Source: Phycisphaerales bacterium
Lineage (GTDB): Bacteria; Planctomycetota; Phycisphaerae; Phycisphaerales; UBA1924
Length of the DNA stretch: 64,000 nucleotides
Reading direction: 5' to 3'
Assembly: GCA_965228265.1 (NCBI GenBank)
Contig: OZ245804.1
Span: forward strand, 207,298-271,297
Part shown: piece after piece, positions 19,003-28,367 of the stretch
Position numbering within the stretch: the first letter of the stretch is position 1
How the letters are laid out: every line of letters begins with the position of its first letter
The notes under the pieces: generated by a model
What the model was told of the DNA's origin: nothing
Database searches by the model: none
The model's input: only the letters and a program-made list of their open reading frames with translations
Position numbers and translations under genes: made by a program

Positions 19003-20220
19003 ATGAAGCTTGGCAAGCTGTGCAAGACTCAGTACGGGACATCAGCTGCTACAACATCTGACGGTGAACAGCACGTTCTCGGGATGTCGAATATCGGGGA
19101 CGGCCGTGTAGACCTCGCGGGCCTGTCGCGTCTGTCCTTGTCTGAACGGGAGGCGAGCACGCTTCGTCTCCACAAGTACGATGTGCTTTTCAACCGCACT
19201 AATAGCAGGGCTCTGGTTGGCAAAGTCGGCATCCTTATGGAGGAGCCGGAGACGCCAACAGTCTTTGCTTCATACCTCGTCCGATTGATCCCGAACGAAC
19301 GGGTGAGGCCGCAGTGGCTTGCCTATGCGATGAGCTCCGGGATCACCGGGCGATCGATCGTTCGCCTGATCACACTCGGGGTGAGCCAGGCGAACATCAA
19401 TCCGTCCGAGCTGTTGAAGTGGGTGGCTATTCCGGTGCCTCCGATCGAGGTTCAGGACCACTTGATCGACCGATTCGGCGATTTCGACAACGCTGCTGAC
19501 AAGCTGCGATATCATATTGAGTTCGCCAAGCATCGCCTCCACGGCCTGATGCAACAGCTCCTGACCGGCCGCCGCCGCCTGCCGGCGTTCGCGGGCGAGG
19601 CGTGGGAGGAGGTGCCATTCGGCGATCTCCTTGATCAGGTCGACCGATATGTCGAGTGGTCCGACGACGAGGTGTACCGACTCGTCTCCGTGCGACGCCG
19701 GTCGGGTGGCTTCTTCGACCGGGAACGCAAGCCCGGGAGCGAGATTCTCACCAAGACACTGAAGACCACGCGGACAGGTGACTTTGTGATCGCGAAGATG
19801 CAGGTCCTTCACGGTGCGATGACAGTCACGCCGCCGGAGTTCGACGGCTCGCATGTGTCCGACTCCTATCTCACGTTCGTGCCCAAGGACCAGGCCCGGC
19901 TCCACATGCCGTTCCTCGGCTGGCTCTCGAAGACACCTCGCATGTACTACAAGGCCTTCAGGTCGAGCTACGGCGTCGCGATCGAGAAGATGACCTTCCA
20001 TCTGCCCTGGTTCATGCAGGAAACCATCTCGCTGCCCACGAGCATCGACGAGCAGCGTGCCATCGCCGACATCCTCGACACCGCCCAACGCGAGATCGAG
20101 CTGCTCGAACAGCTCCGCGAGCAGATCCAGCTCCAGAAGCGTGGGCTGATGCAGAAGCTGCTGACCGGCGAGATCCGCGTGCCCGGGGACGAGCCTGTCG
20201 CTGAGGAGGTGTCGACATGA
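19003..20220 (+). CDS. hsdS: Type I R-M specificity subunit (two TRDs)
   Basis: MKLGKLCKTQYG start. Two TRDs separated by the conserved LLTGRRRLP region. C-terminal conserved LPTSIDEQRAIADILDTAQREIELLEQL. Confidence 0.85.
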   Translation: MKLGKLCKTQYGTSAATTSDGEQHVLGMSNIGDGRVDLAGLSRLSLSEREASTLRLHKYDVLFNRTNSRALVGKVGILMEEPETPTVFASYLVRLIPNERVRPQWLAYAMSSGITGRSIVRLITLGVSQANINPSELLKWVAIPVPPIEVQDHLIDRFGDFDNAADKLRYHIEFAKHRLHGLMQQLLTGRRRLPAFAGEAWEEVPFGDLLDQVDRYVEWSDDEVYRLVSVRRRSGGFFDRERKPGSEILTKTLKTTRTGDFVIAKMQVLHGAMTVTPPEFDGSHVSDSYLTFVPKDQARLHMPFLGWLSKTPRMYYKAFRSSYGVAIEKMTFHLPWFMQETISLPTSIDEQRAIADILDTAQREIELLEQLREQIQLQKRGLMQKLLTGEIRVPGDEPVAEEVST

Positions 20221-21287
20221 CGACACCAGAGCTGCTCAACTTCAATGACGCCATCTCGCGTTGCATCAAAGCCCCCCATGTGTTGTTGGGCAATGGTTTC
20301 AGCGTGGCGTGCCGGCCCAACCTGTTCAATTACAGCCGCCTCCTGGATCAGGCGAACCTCTCCGGCCGCCCGCAGGCACGTGAGGCGTTCGATCGTCTCG
20401 GTACGACGGACTTCGAGATTGTCATGAACGGCCTCTCCCGGGCCGCTGAGCTTGCAGACGTGTACGGCACCTCTGATGGCTCACTCGCCGACCGATTCCG
20501 CGAGGATGCCGAAGCCCTGAAAGAGGTCCTCGTTCAGACGATTGCCGGGACGCACCCTGACCTGCCCAAGGCGATTACCGATGATGAGTGTGCCGCGGCG
20601 AAGCGATTCCTGTCGCACTTCAGAGGCCGCCGCGACCAGAAGATCTACCTCTTGAACTACGACCTGCTGACCTATTGGGCTCTGATGCGGTCTGATGTTG
20701 AGCCGCAGATTGAGTTCGACGATGGGTTCCGGCAGCCGGAGGACGGACCCGAAGACTGGGTCGTGTGGGAATCGAACCGCCACATCCAGAACCTGTTCTA
20801 CCTTCACGGCGGTTTGCACATCTACCAGTCCGGCCCCGAGATCCGGAAGTTCACATGGTGCAACACCGGTCTGCCGCTGATGGATCAGATCCGGGCTGCT
20901 CTCGACGAGAACCGGTTTCCGCTCTATGTCGCTGAGGGCACCTGGCAGGACAAGATGACGCGGATCCGCCGCAGCGATTTCCTCGGCCGCGGTCGAAGGA
21001 GTTTCCGTCAGATCGGCGGCTCGCTGTTCATCTACGGAATGTCACTGAGCGACAACGACGACCACATCCTGCGAGCGATCGCGAGTGGCAGTGTCGAGCA
21101 GCTCTTCGTGTCCGTGTATGGGGGCATGGAGACCGATGCGAATCGCGAGCTCTGTGAGCGAGCCCTTGCCCTTACCGAGAGGCGGCAAGGAATCGGCGGG
21201 CGGAACCCTAAGCCGCTCAATGTCCAGTTCTTCGACGCCGAGTCGGCGAACGTGTGGGCGGCAGGTGCACCAGGGGAGAAGGCGTGA
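20217..21287 (+). CDS. SIR2-like (DUF4917-type) protein embedded in hsd operon
   Basis: N-terminal HVLLGNGFSVA (GAGxS-like) and KIYLLNYDLLTYWAL (TNYDxLLE-like) motifs characteristic of SIR2_2/ThsA-type NADase domains. ATGA overlap with hsdS. Confidence 0.6.
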   Translation: MTTPELLNFNDAISRCIKAPHVLLGNGFSVACRPNLFNYSRLLDQANLSGRPQAREAFDRLGTTDFEIVMNGLSRAAELADVYGTSDGSLADRFREDAEALKEVLVQTIAGTHPDLPKAITDDECAAAKRFLSHFRGRRDQKIYLLNYDLLTYWALMRSDVEPQIEFDDGFRQPEDGPEDWVVWESNRHIQNLFYLHGGLHIYQSGPEIRKFTWCNTGLPLMDQIRAALDENRFPLYVAEGTWQDKMTRIRRSDFLGRGRRSFRQIGGSLFIYGMSLSDNDDHILRAIASGSVEQLFVSVYGGMETDANRELCERALALTERRQGIGGRNPKPLNVQFFDAESANVWAAGAPGEKA

Positions 21288-22996
21288 TGACGATGGCAAG
21301 CAACGCGACCGGCCCGACACTCACTCGTCCCGTCGTGATCCGACCGGGACGACCCAACTTGCGGACGACCTTCCAGCTTTCGGCGGCACTGCTCCCGGAT
21401 GAGGGGCAGGCTGTTGACGAACTGTTCGACGCCGCGAGGTCGACAGCTCTGAAGTGGCTGCAGGACAAGTTCCCCGAGCGGCTTCCTGCTCCGGCCCTCG
21501 CCGGCGAGTCGTTCGACATCGACCTGCACGGCCAGAGCATGGCGGCGGTCGAGCTGTCCTCCGAGGGGCTGTGGACGGTCCGGCTCGTGCAGCCCGACGC
21601 CCCCTTTGGCGACCGGAAGGCGGTGCCGGGACGTTCGTGGACCACCGAGATCGCCTTCGCGAAGGACACCGGGCAGGTCCGCTTCGGTATCCGCGTGCTC
21701 TGTGCGTCCCTTGAGTTTGCGACCGAGCCGATCGCACTCACCCGACCCCGCATTGTGGTTGAGCTGTCCAATCGGTTCCGCATGCAGATCTCGGCACCGA
21801 TCTCCGGCCAGGCGTGGGAGCCGCAGGATGACGCGGACCTCGCTCGGCTGCGTGACCTGCTGATCGACCCGCGTCGCGAGCTGCCCGTCTATCTCCTGTC
21901 GGTGCCCGACAAGAACCAGCTCGGCATCAACCCGGCTCCGTATCTGCTGAACCATGAGCGACTCGCTCACAAGTGCCAGGGCATCGCCCATGTGGTGACG
22001 ATGCCGTGGAGCCTGGGGTACGCGTGGACCGATATGGTCGGCAAGCAGTGGTCGGCGTTCCTCGGTGCGGTCCGGACATACCGCCCGGGTTTGAACTTTG
22101 ACGAGGACAGCCCGTCCGACCATCCGCGTGCCTTTGCCGAACGCATCCTCGGCTTCTACTACAACGGGCAAACGATGGAAAGGGCCTTCGAGGACTTCCT
22201 CATCGACAAGGCCTACGAGCACGCGGCGACCAAGCGGATGGAGTGGGGATCGCTGATCTTCCTCGCCGACGCCCGAACGCGAGCCGCGGCCCTCGCGCGC
22301 GAGAGCACGACCGATGAGGGGGAGTGGCGTGAGCTCTACGAGACTGAGATCAAGTCGCTCAAAGAGAAGATCAAAGAGCTGGAAGGTGAATCTGAGGGTT
22401 ATCTCGATGTCGCGACTGCAGCCGAGCAGGAGCGAGACCAGGCGACTGAAGAAAACCGGAAGCTCCGCACACAGATCGATTCGCTCCGCACGGCACTCCA
22501 GGCAAAGACCGGCGAGAACCCGGACACAACGATTCAGATGCCCGCCTCCTATGACGAACTGCCTGAGTGGGTCGAGGCAAACCTGGCCGGCCGTCTCACG
22601 CTGCACAACAGAGCGGTGAGTCGGGGCCTGAAGAAGCCAGAGTTCGAGGATGTGGAGCAGGTGGCCCGCGTGCTGCTGCTCTTGGCCGGAGAGTACCGCA
22701 CGATGCGAATGGGTCACGATGGCGGCAAAGATGCCTTCGACCGGAAAGTTACAGAGATGTCTCTCCGGTACGACGGGTCCATTTCCGAAGAGCGAGCTGG
22801 ACAAGAGGGTGAGACGTACTTTGTGAAGTGGCCGTATCCCACTTCAAGTCGGCGATTCCTCAAGTGGCACATTCGATCCGGCGGAAACACTCGCGATCCC
22901 AAGCGGTGCCTTGCGGTGTACTTCTTCTGGGATGACGACACCCAGCAGGTCGTCGTGGGCTGGCTCCCGAGCCACTTGAACAACAGGCTGACCTGA
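21287..22996 (+). CDS. Uncharacterised ~570-aa protein with central coiled coil, partner of SIR2-like gene
   Basis: No recognisable P-loop or nuclease motif by eye. Coiled-coil segment EWRELYETEIKSLKEKIKELEGESEGYLDVATAAEQERDQATEENRKLRTQIDSLRTALQAK. Start overlaps the SIR2-like stop and its stop overlaps the hsdR start. Confidence 0.5.
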   Translation: MTMASNATGPTLTRPVVIRPGRPNLRTTFQLSAALLPDEGQAVDELFDAARSTALKWLQDKFPERLPAPALAGESFDIDLHGQSMAAVELSSEGLWTVRLVQPDAPFGDRKAVPGRSWTTEIAFAKDTGQVRFGIRVLCASLEFATEPIALTRPRIVVELSNRFRMQISAPISGQAWEPQDDADLARLRDLLIDPRRELPVYLLSVPDKNQLGINPAPYLLNHERLAHKCQGIAHVVTMPWSLGYAWTDMVGKQWSAFLGAVRTYRPGLNFDEDSPSDHPRAFAERILGFYYNGQTMERAFEDFLIDKAYEHAATKRMEWGSLIFLADARTRAAALARESTTDEGEWRELYETEIKSLKEKIKELEGESEGYLDVATAAEQERDQATEENRKLRTQIDSLRTALQAKTGENPDTTIQMPASYDELPEWVEANLAGRLTLHNRAVSRGLKKPEFEDVEQVARVLLLLAGEYRTMRMGHDGGKDAFDRKVTEMSLRYDGSISEERAGQEGETYFVKWPYPTSSRRFLKWHIRSGGNTRDPKRCLAVYFFWDDDTQQVVVGWLPSHLNNRLT

Positions 22997-25900
22997 TGGA
23001 CATGAATGAGCGAATCACGCCGCGTTCTGACGAGGACGCGACCAGTCAGCTTCCCGCACTCAAGGTGCTGATCAACCTCGGCTGGAAGTACCTGACGCAG
23101 GAGGATGCTTTGTCGCTGCGAGGCGGGAGAACCTCCGAGGTCTTACTCTACGGGGTCCTCGAAGACTGGCTCCGAGAGAACAACCGCATCGAGTATCGCG
23201 GCGAGTCAGTGCCCTTCACCGAGGCCAACATCGCGTCGGCAATCGCCACGCTCCGCGACGAACAAGACGACGGCCTCGTCCGCACAAATGAGAAGCTCTA
23301 CGACCATCTTCTGCTCGGCAAGTCGCTCAAGCAAACGGTGCTCGGAGACAGCAAGAGCTTCCAGCTTAAATACATCGACTGGGATGCTCCCGAGAACAAC
23401 GTCTATCACGTGACGGAGGAGTTTGCCGTCGACCGCTCAGGATCGGATAAGACGTACCGCCCGGACTTGGTGCTCTTTGTCAATGGCATCCCTTTGGGCG
23501 TCATCGAGTGCAAGCGGAGCGATCTCGGGCCCAGCAAACCCGCCCCCGTGATTCAGGCCATCGAACAGCACGTCCGCAATCAGAAGCCCGATGGGATTCC
23601 GAAGCTCTATTGGTACTCACAGGTTATTGGGGCACTCTCGCCTGCCGGTGCTCCTTCTGGAGAGGTAGTCACGGACGAGTACGAGTCCGAAGCCAAGCTC
23701 CCCGCCCGGTACGCGACCACAGGTACACCGAAGAAGTTCTGGGCAAGTTGGCGTGAGTCAGCGATCGTCAACGGTGAGTATGAGGTGGCCGACGCCTCTG
23801 TCGATGCGGCGGTCAACGATCGGCTCGGCCAAGCCGATGTTGAGCGACTACTTAAGAACCGAACGGCTTCTGTCAAGGCCGACTTTCACGCGGCAGAAGA
23901 CCAGGGACGCCTCGCGACCGAGCAGGACCGGCTCCTGTGCCGCGTGTTTTCTCCGGAACGCTTGCTTCGATTGTCGCACCGTTACATCGTGTTTGATGCT
24001 GGTGTGAAGAAGATCGCTCGATACCAGCAGTATTTCTGTGTCGAGAAGATCCGCCGTCGCATTCGTGACCTTGGACCGGATGGGATGCGTCGGGGAGGTG
24101 TCGTCTGGCACACCCAGGGCTCAGGGAAGAGCCTCACGATGGTCATGCTCGCGAAGGCCATCGCAATGGACCGGCACCGGGGCGACCTTCTCGGCGGTGA
24201 GGGGGGTGAGCGAATCGTCTTGGTCACCGACCGAGTCGATCTTGATGACCAGATCTACAAGACATTCAAGCACTGCGGCCTGAAGGCTGTTCAGGCGAAT
24301 AAAGGAAGCGATCTGGTCCGGCTTCTCAAGGACACTGAAGCCAAGATCGCGACCACGGTGATTAACAAGTTCGATGCCGCACTCGGCAAAGAACAGATCA
24401 GCGTGGACGATCCCAATGTGATCGTGCTGGTTGACGAGGGGCACAGGACCCAGTTCGGCATTCGTCACTCAACGATGAGACGCGTGCTTCCGAACGCGTG
24501 CTACATCGGTTTCACCGGTACGCCCGTCCGGCGGAAAGACCGGAGCACTGTTGAGAAGTTTGGCGGCATGATCGACTCGTACACAATCAAGCAAGCTGAG
24601 CAGGACCGGGCGGTGCTGCCGATCGTCTACGAGGGAAGGCACGTCATCAAGGACGTCAACCAGGCCGAGATCGACGATTGGTTCGACAAGTACACCGAGG
24701 GCCTCTCCGATGAGCAGAAGCAGGACCTGCGTCGGAAGGTGAGTACCGAAGACCAGATCATGCAGGCCGACCCGGTCATTCGACGGATTGCCCGCGATGT
24801 CTCGGAGCACTACCGCAACTTCCTGCAGGGGACCGGCCTCAAGGCCCAGCTCGTCGCACCATCGAAGGCTGCTGCGATCCGCTACAAGCACTGGCTCGAC
24901 GACCTGGGCGAAGTTCGTTCCGAGGTCTTGATCTCCCCGCCGGACGACCGAGAGGGCGACGAGGACATCTACAAGCCAAACCGTGAGCTCGTCAATCGAT
25001 TTTGGGTCGGCGTGCTGCAGAGATTCGGGACAGATGTTCAGTACGCCAAGCAACTCATCAACTCCTTCAAGCACGGCGACACCGCTGATCCAGAGAGCGA
25101 TGCTCCCGAGATCATGATCGTTGTGGACAAGCTCTTGACCGGCTTTGACGCCCCAGAGAACACGGTGCTCTATTTGGGCCGAAAGCTCAGGGAGCACAAT
25201 CTCCTGCAGGCCATCGCTCGTGTGAACCGGTTGGCGACCGGCAAAGAGCGTGGATACGTCTTGGACTATCGAGGCGTCCTCGAAGAGCTCGACGATGCGT
25301 TCGCCATGTATTCCCGAGATCCTGATGACCCGGAATCGGCTGACCTTGGCTTCGTTGAATCCCTCGCGAGTATCGACAAGGCATGGGATGACCTCCCTCA
25401 GCGACACTCTCTATTGTGGGACACGTTCAAGGATCTTGCCGGCAGCCGCGACCGGGAGGCATACGAGCAGCACCTTGCTGACGAAGCCTTGCGAATCCGG
25501 TTCTACGAACGCTACGCCGCCTTCGCTCGGGTGCTCGATGTCGCGTTGTCATCCCACACATTCCTCAACGCGACACCCAATGCGACAGTCGCGAAGTATC
25601 GCGAAGACCTGAAGTTCTTTGGAGAACTGCGGCGTGCGGTGCGGATCCGCTACGCTGAAGTCGTCGACTTCTCTGAGTATGAGCCGAAGATTCGGAAGCT
25701 GCTCGATCAGTACATCAGTGCGAGCGGTGTCGAGAGCATCACCGGAAAGATCGACCTCTACGATCGGGACCAGCGAGCCGCCGCCCTTGAAGCCGCAGGC
25801 TCCGCATCATCGAAGGCTGAAACAATCGCCAGCAACGTGAGCCGGGTACTGGAAGAGCGTGTCCGCGAGGAAGACCCAGCAACATATCGCAGGCTGTCTG

Positions 25901-26298
25901 CAATGCTCCGGGACATCATGGAGCGGATGCGTACTGGTTGGCTGGCTGCTGCTGAAGCTCTTGCCCAGGTCGAGGATATCGAAAGCGAGGTCATTCGTCC
26001 GACAGCCGACGACGTGCCCGAGTCACTAAGAGACTCGCGGCTCGGTGCCATCATCTTCCGGAATATCAAAGAAGAGCTCGGCGACGCTAGTGAGCAGGCT
26101 GCAGTGTCGATTGAATCAATCATCCGAAACCGGGCGATTGTTGGGTGGCGGAATAATGTCGACTGTCAGAAGTCGATGCGTCAGGCAATCGATGATTTCC
26201 TCTTTGAGCTTGGTGATGCCGTCGGTGCTACTTGGACTCTCGAAACAATCGACAAAGTAGTTGACATGTCTATTGAGCGGGCGAGGGCTGTTTTGTGA
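22996..26298 (+). CDS. hsdR: Type I restriction enzyme R (helicase-endonuclease) subunit
   Basis: Motif I HTQGSGKSLTM, motif II VLVDEGHRTQ, motif III GFTGTP, motif VI LQAIARVNR. 1100 aa. Confidence 0.9.
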   Translation: MDMNERITPRSDEDATSQLPALKVLINLGWKYLTQEDALSLRGGRTSEVLLYGVLEDWLRENNRIEYRGESVPFTEANIASAIATLRDEQDDGLVRTNEKLYDHLLLGKSLKQTVLGDSKSFQLKYIDWDAPENNVYHVTEEFAVDRSGSDKTYRPDLVLFVNGIPLGVIECKRSDLGPSKPAPVIQAIEQHVRNQKPDGIPKLYWYSQVIGALSPAGAPSGEVVTDEYESEAKLPARYATTGTPKKFWASWRESAIVNGEYEVADASVDAAVNDRLGQADVERLLKNRTASVKADFHAAEDQGRLATEQDRLLCRVFSPERLLRLSHRYIVFDAGVKKIARYQQYFCVEKIRRRIRDLGPDGMRRGGVVWHTQGSGKSLTMVMLAKAIAMDRHRGDLLGGEGGERIVLVTDRVDLDDQIYKTFKHCGLKAVQANKGSDLVRLLKDTEAKIATTVINKFDAALGKEQISVDDPNVIVLVDEGHRTQFGIRHSTMRRVLPNACYIGFTGTPVRRKDRSTVEKFGGMIDSYTIKQAEQDRAVLPIVYEGRHVIKDVNQAEIDDWFDKYTEGLSDEQKQDLRRKVSTEDQIMQADPVIRRIARDVSEHYRNFLQGTGLKAQLVAPSKAAAIRYKHWLDDLGEVRSEVLISPPDDREGDEDIYKPNRELVNRFWVGVLQRFGTDVQYAKQLINSFKHGDTADPESDAPEIMIVVDKLLTGFDAPENTVLYLGRKLREHNLLQAIARVNRLATGKERGYVLDYRGVLEELDDAFAMYSRDPDDPESADLGFVESLASIDKAWDDLPQRHSLLWDTFKDLAGSRDREAYEQHLADEALRIRFYERYAAFARVLDVALSSHTFLNATPNATVAKYREDLKFFGELRRAVRIRYAEVVDFSEYEPKIRKLLDQYISASGVESITGKIDLYDRDQRAAALEAAGSASSKAETIASNVSRVLEERVREEDPATYRRLSAMLRDIMERMRTGWLAAAEALAQVEDIESEVIRPTADDVPESLRDSRLGAIIFRNIKEELGDASEQAAVSIESIIRNRAIVGWRNNVDCQKSMRQAIDDFLFELGDAVGATWTLETIDKVVDMSIERARAVL

Positions 26299-27026
26299 CT
26301 GGAGAGCCCAAGCAACGAAGCATCATGGTTGGCTCGGAGAAACTTCCGTACGTGGTTGTTCGGACATCCGGTAACTCAGCTCGACTCGTCGTTGCTCCCT
26401 CTGGAGCCGTCGAGGCCAGGGTGCCGGACGGCCGCTCCGACAAATCTATCGAACAGTTCGTCCGCAGCAAGGCACGGTGGATCATCCGGCAGCAAGACTA
26501 CTTCGCGTCATTTAGGCCACGTGATCCACGGCGTCAGTATGTCAGTGGCGAGACCATTCGGTACCTGGGGCGTCAGTACCGACTGAAGGTCAGCCCGTCG
26601 GAACAGCAATCCGCGAAGTTGCTCGGAAAGCACCTTGTCGTCGGGATCCAAGCGGGCAGCGACAGTGGTGAAGTACGACGCATTGTCCTCGATTGGTATC
26701 GCGTGCGTGCGGCCGAGGTGTTTCGCCAGCAAGCAGACAACCTGCACGAGAGGCTGGCGGCACACGGCGTTGGTGAGGCACAGATCAGCGTGCGTTGGAT
26801 GACACGACGCTGGGGCAGTTGCACACCGACAAATCAGATCATTTTGAATCCGCTTCTCGTGATCAATCCAATTGACTGCGTCGCATATGTCGTCGCCCAC
26901 GAGTTGTGTCACCTCAAGGTGCCAAACCATGGGGACGCGTTCTACCAACTGCTCTCGACAGTCATGCCAGACTGGCGGAAGCGACGCGAACGACTTGGGC
27001 GGTCAGGGGCTCACCTTGACCTTTGA
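26295..27026 (+). CDS. YgjP-like M48-family zinc metallopeptidase (DUF45)
   Basis: HELCHLKVPNHGDAFYQLL (HExxH). GTGA overlap with the hsdR stop. Usual accessory of type I R-M loci. Confidence 0.8.
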   Translation: MTGEPKQRSIMVGSEKLPYVVVRTSGNSARLVVAPSGAVEARVPDGRSDKSIEQFVRSKARWIIRQQDYFASFRPRDPRRQYVSGETIRYLGRQYRLKVSPSEQQSAKLLGKHLVVGIQAGSDSGEVRRIVLDWYRVRAAEVFRQQADNLHERLAAHGVGEAQISVRWMTRRWGSCTPTNQIILNPLLVINPIDCVAYVVAHELCHLKVPNHGDAFYQLLSTVMPDWRKRRERLGRSGAHLDL

Positions 27027-27138
27027 GCTCAACGACCTGCAGCATCGACGAATCCAGCTAGCCCAAGGCGGGCTTCTGGTCATTTCGAGGGGTCGTTCCC
27101 GGGAGTTTGCAACCGTATCGAGTCAGCAGATGAAGCTG

Positions 27139-27384
27139 TCACGCCGCAGGTCCGGTTGATCGCCACGCTTCGGCGAGGAAGCCGGCGACACCTCTCCCCG
27201 CGTCCGTCAGCCGCCAAGTCTGCCCCGACTTCCGCTCGATGAGCCCCTGCTTAGAGAGCATCCCTGTGATCCGCTTCCAGCCGGGTCGCCCCGTGGGCGT
27301 CGTTTTTGCTGGATTTTGCCACGGCAGTCTCTTGTAGTACCGGTCTGCGATCTGCCAGGTCCATTTCCGCTCCCGCAGCATCAC
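27139..27384 (-). CDS. Small putative winged-helix DNA-binding protein (Mrr N-terminal-like)
   Basis: 81-aa basic protein ...ITGMLSKQGLIERKSGQTWRLTDAGRG. Weak. Confidence 0.3.
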   Translation of the reverse strand: MMLRERKWTWQIADRYYKRLPWQNPAKTTPTGRPGWKRITGMLSKQGLIERKSGQTWRLTDAGRGVAGFLAEAWRSTGPAA

Positions 27385-27452
27385 GATCAGCGTGAGGTCA
27401 GCGGCGAGTGCCCACGCGGGCGACGCCTAGGAGCCATCCCACTCTCGCTTGA

Positions 27453-27764
27453 TTAACCGGCGTCGTACTTTGGGGCGATGTCTTCATGGTGAACGCCCAC
27501 GCCGTCGATGACGACGAGCGGCGGGCGGAACAAGACATCGTCCGAGGTGACCGAGTTGCCAGGGTCAAACACCGCATCGAGGCCTTCGTCGTCAATGAGC
27601 TTGAGGAACCTCTCCACCTCCTCGTCGGTCATCTTCTTGGCAGGGTAGTGAGCGGCCCGGCTCGGACGGACCATCGGTCCTCGCTTCGGCCGCGGTCGCC
27701 GCGGGGCGAGCGGCTTCGAAGGCTTCAGGTCCACGGTCGTCGGATTGCCCATGAGCTGCATCAA
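27453..27764 (-). CDS. Hypothetical protein
   Basis: ORF only; start uncertain. Confidence 0.2.
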   Translation of the reverse strand: MMQLMGNPTTVDLKPSKPLAPRRPRPKRGPMVRPSRAAHYPAKKMTDEEVERFLKLIDDEGLDAVFDPGNSVTSDDVLFRPPLVVIDGVGVHHEDIAPKYDAG

Positions 27765-28045
27765 CCGGCTGCACGGTCTCCTGAGCGCGGGGCCGGTTCA
27801 ATAGGTCGGACGGGACTCGAAACCGCACGAGGTTTCCCCCACGACCTTGTCGGTGGCACCCAGCAGGTGCCACCGGGAAAAACCGCGCGTCTGCCATTCC
27901 GCCACCGACCCGAAGCTACAGCCCGGACAGTTCACTTTGAACCGCCGGAGCAACAGATGTTCTGTATGGAACCGGCGCGGAACCGAGCACCGTGGCACCC
28001 TAACGGTTCGGGCTCTGTCCACGAAATACGGCCCTCACGGGCCGT

Positions 28046-28071
28046 GAAAATACCCCCCGAAGAACTCGAAC
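28046..28071 (-). repeat. Direct repeat DR2: 26/27-nt copy of the tRNA-Lys 3' terminus plus flank (internal att remnant)
   Basis: gaaaataccccccgaagAactcgaac versus the tRNA locus gaaaataccccccgaagGactcgaac (47924-47949). Confidence 0.6.
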
Positions 28072-28367
28072 AAGGGCGTGTTTTACCGAGAAATACGCCT
28101 GTTTGTGATACAGGCGGCATCAAATCCGGCAGCATCCAGGCCCCCTTGGTAGCTCAGTCCCGAGCTGAAACCACTTCATTATCGCCTGATCCAGAGTTGG
28201 CGGCGGAAGTCGCGGCATGGGCCGATCTGCCCGCGGCGATCCGGGCGGGGATTCTGGCCATGATCGAGGCGAGCTATCCGCAGTGAAGACTCTGACCGCT
28301 CTCACCGGTTGAATTCGGAATGATAGTGCTCCAGGTGCCAAACTTACTTCGCAGGTATCAGTGACTT

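Noticed and set aside
27486-28286. 266-aa plus-strand ORF
   Set aside because: Arg-rich and low-complexity, and it spans tRNA-like and att-remnant sequence. Only its last ~30 codons show faint similarity to the peptide encoded in the 320-bp repeat.
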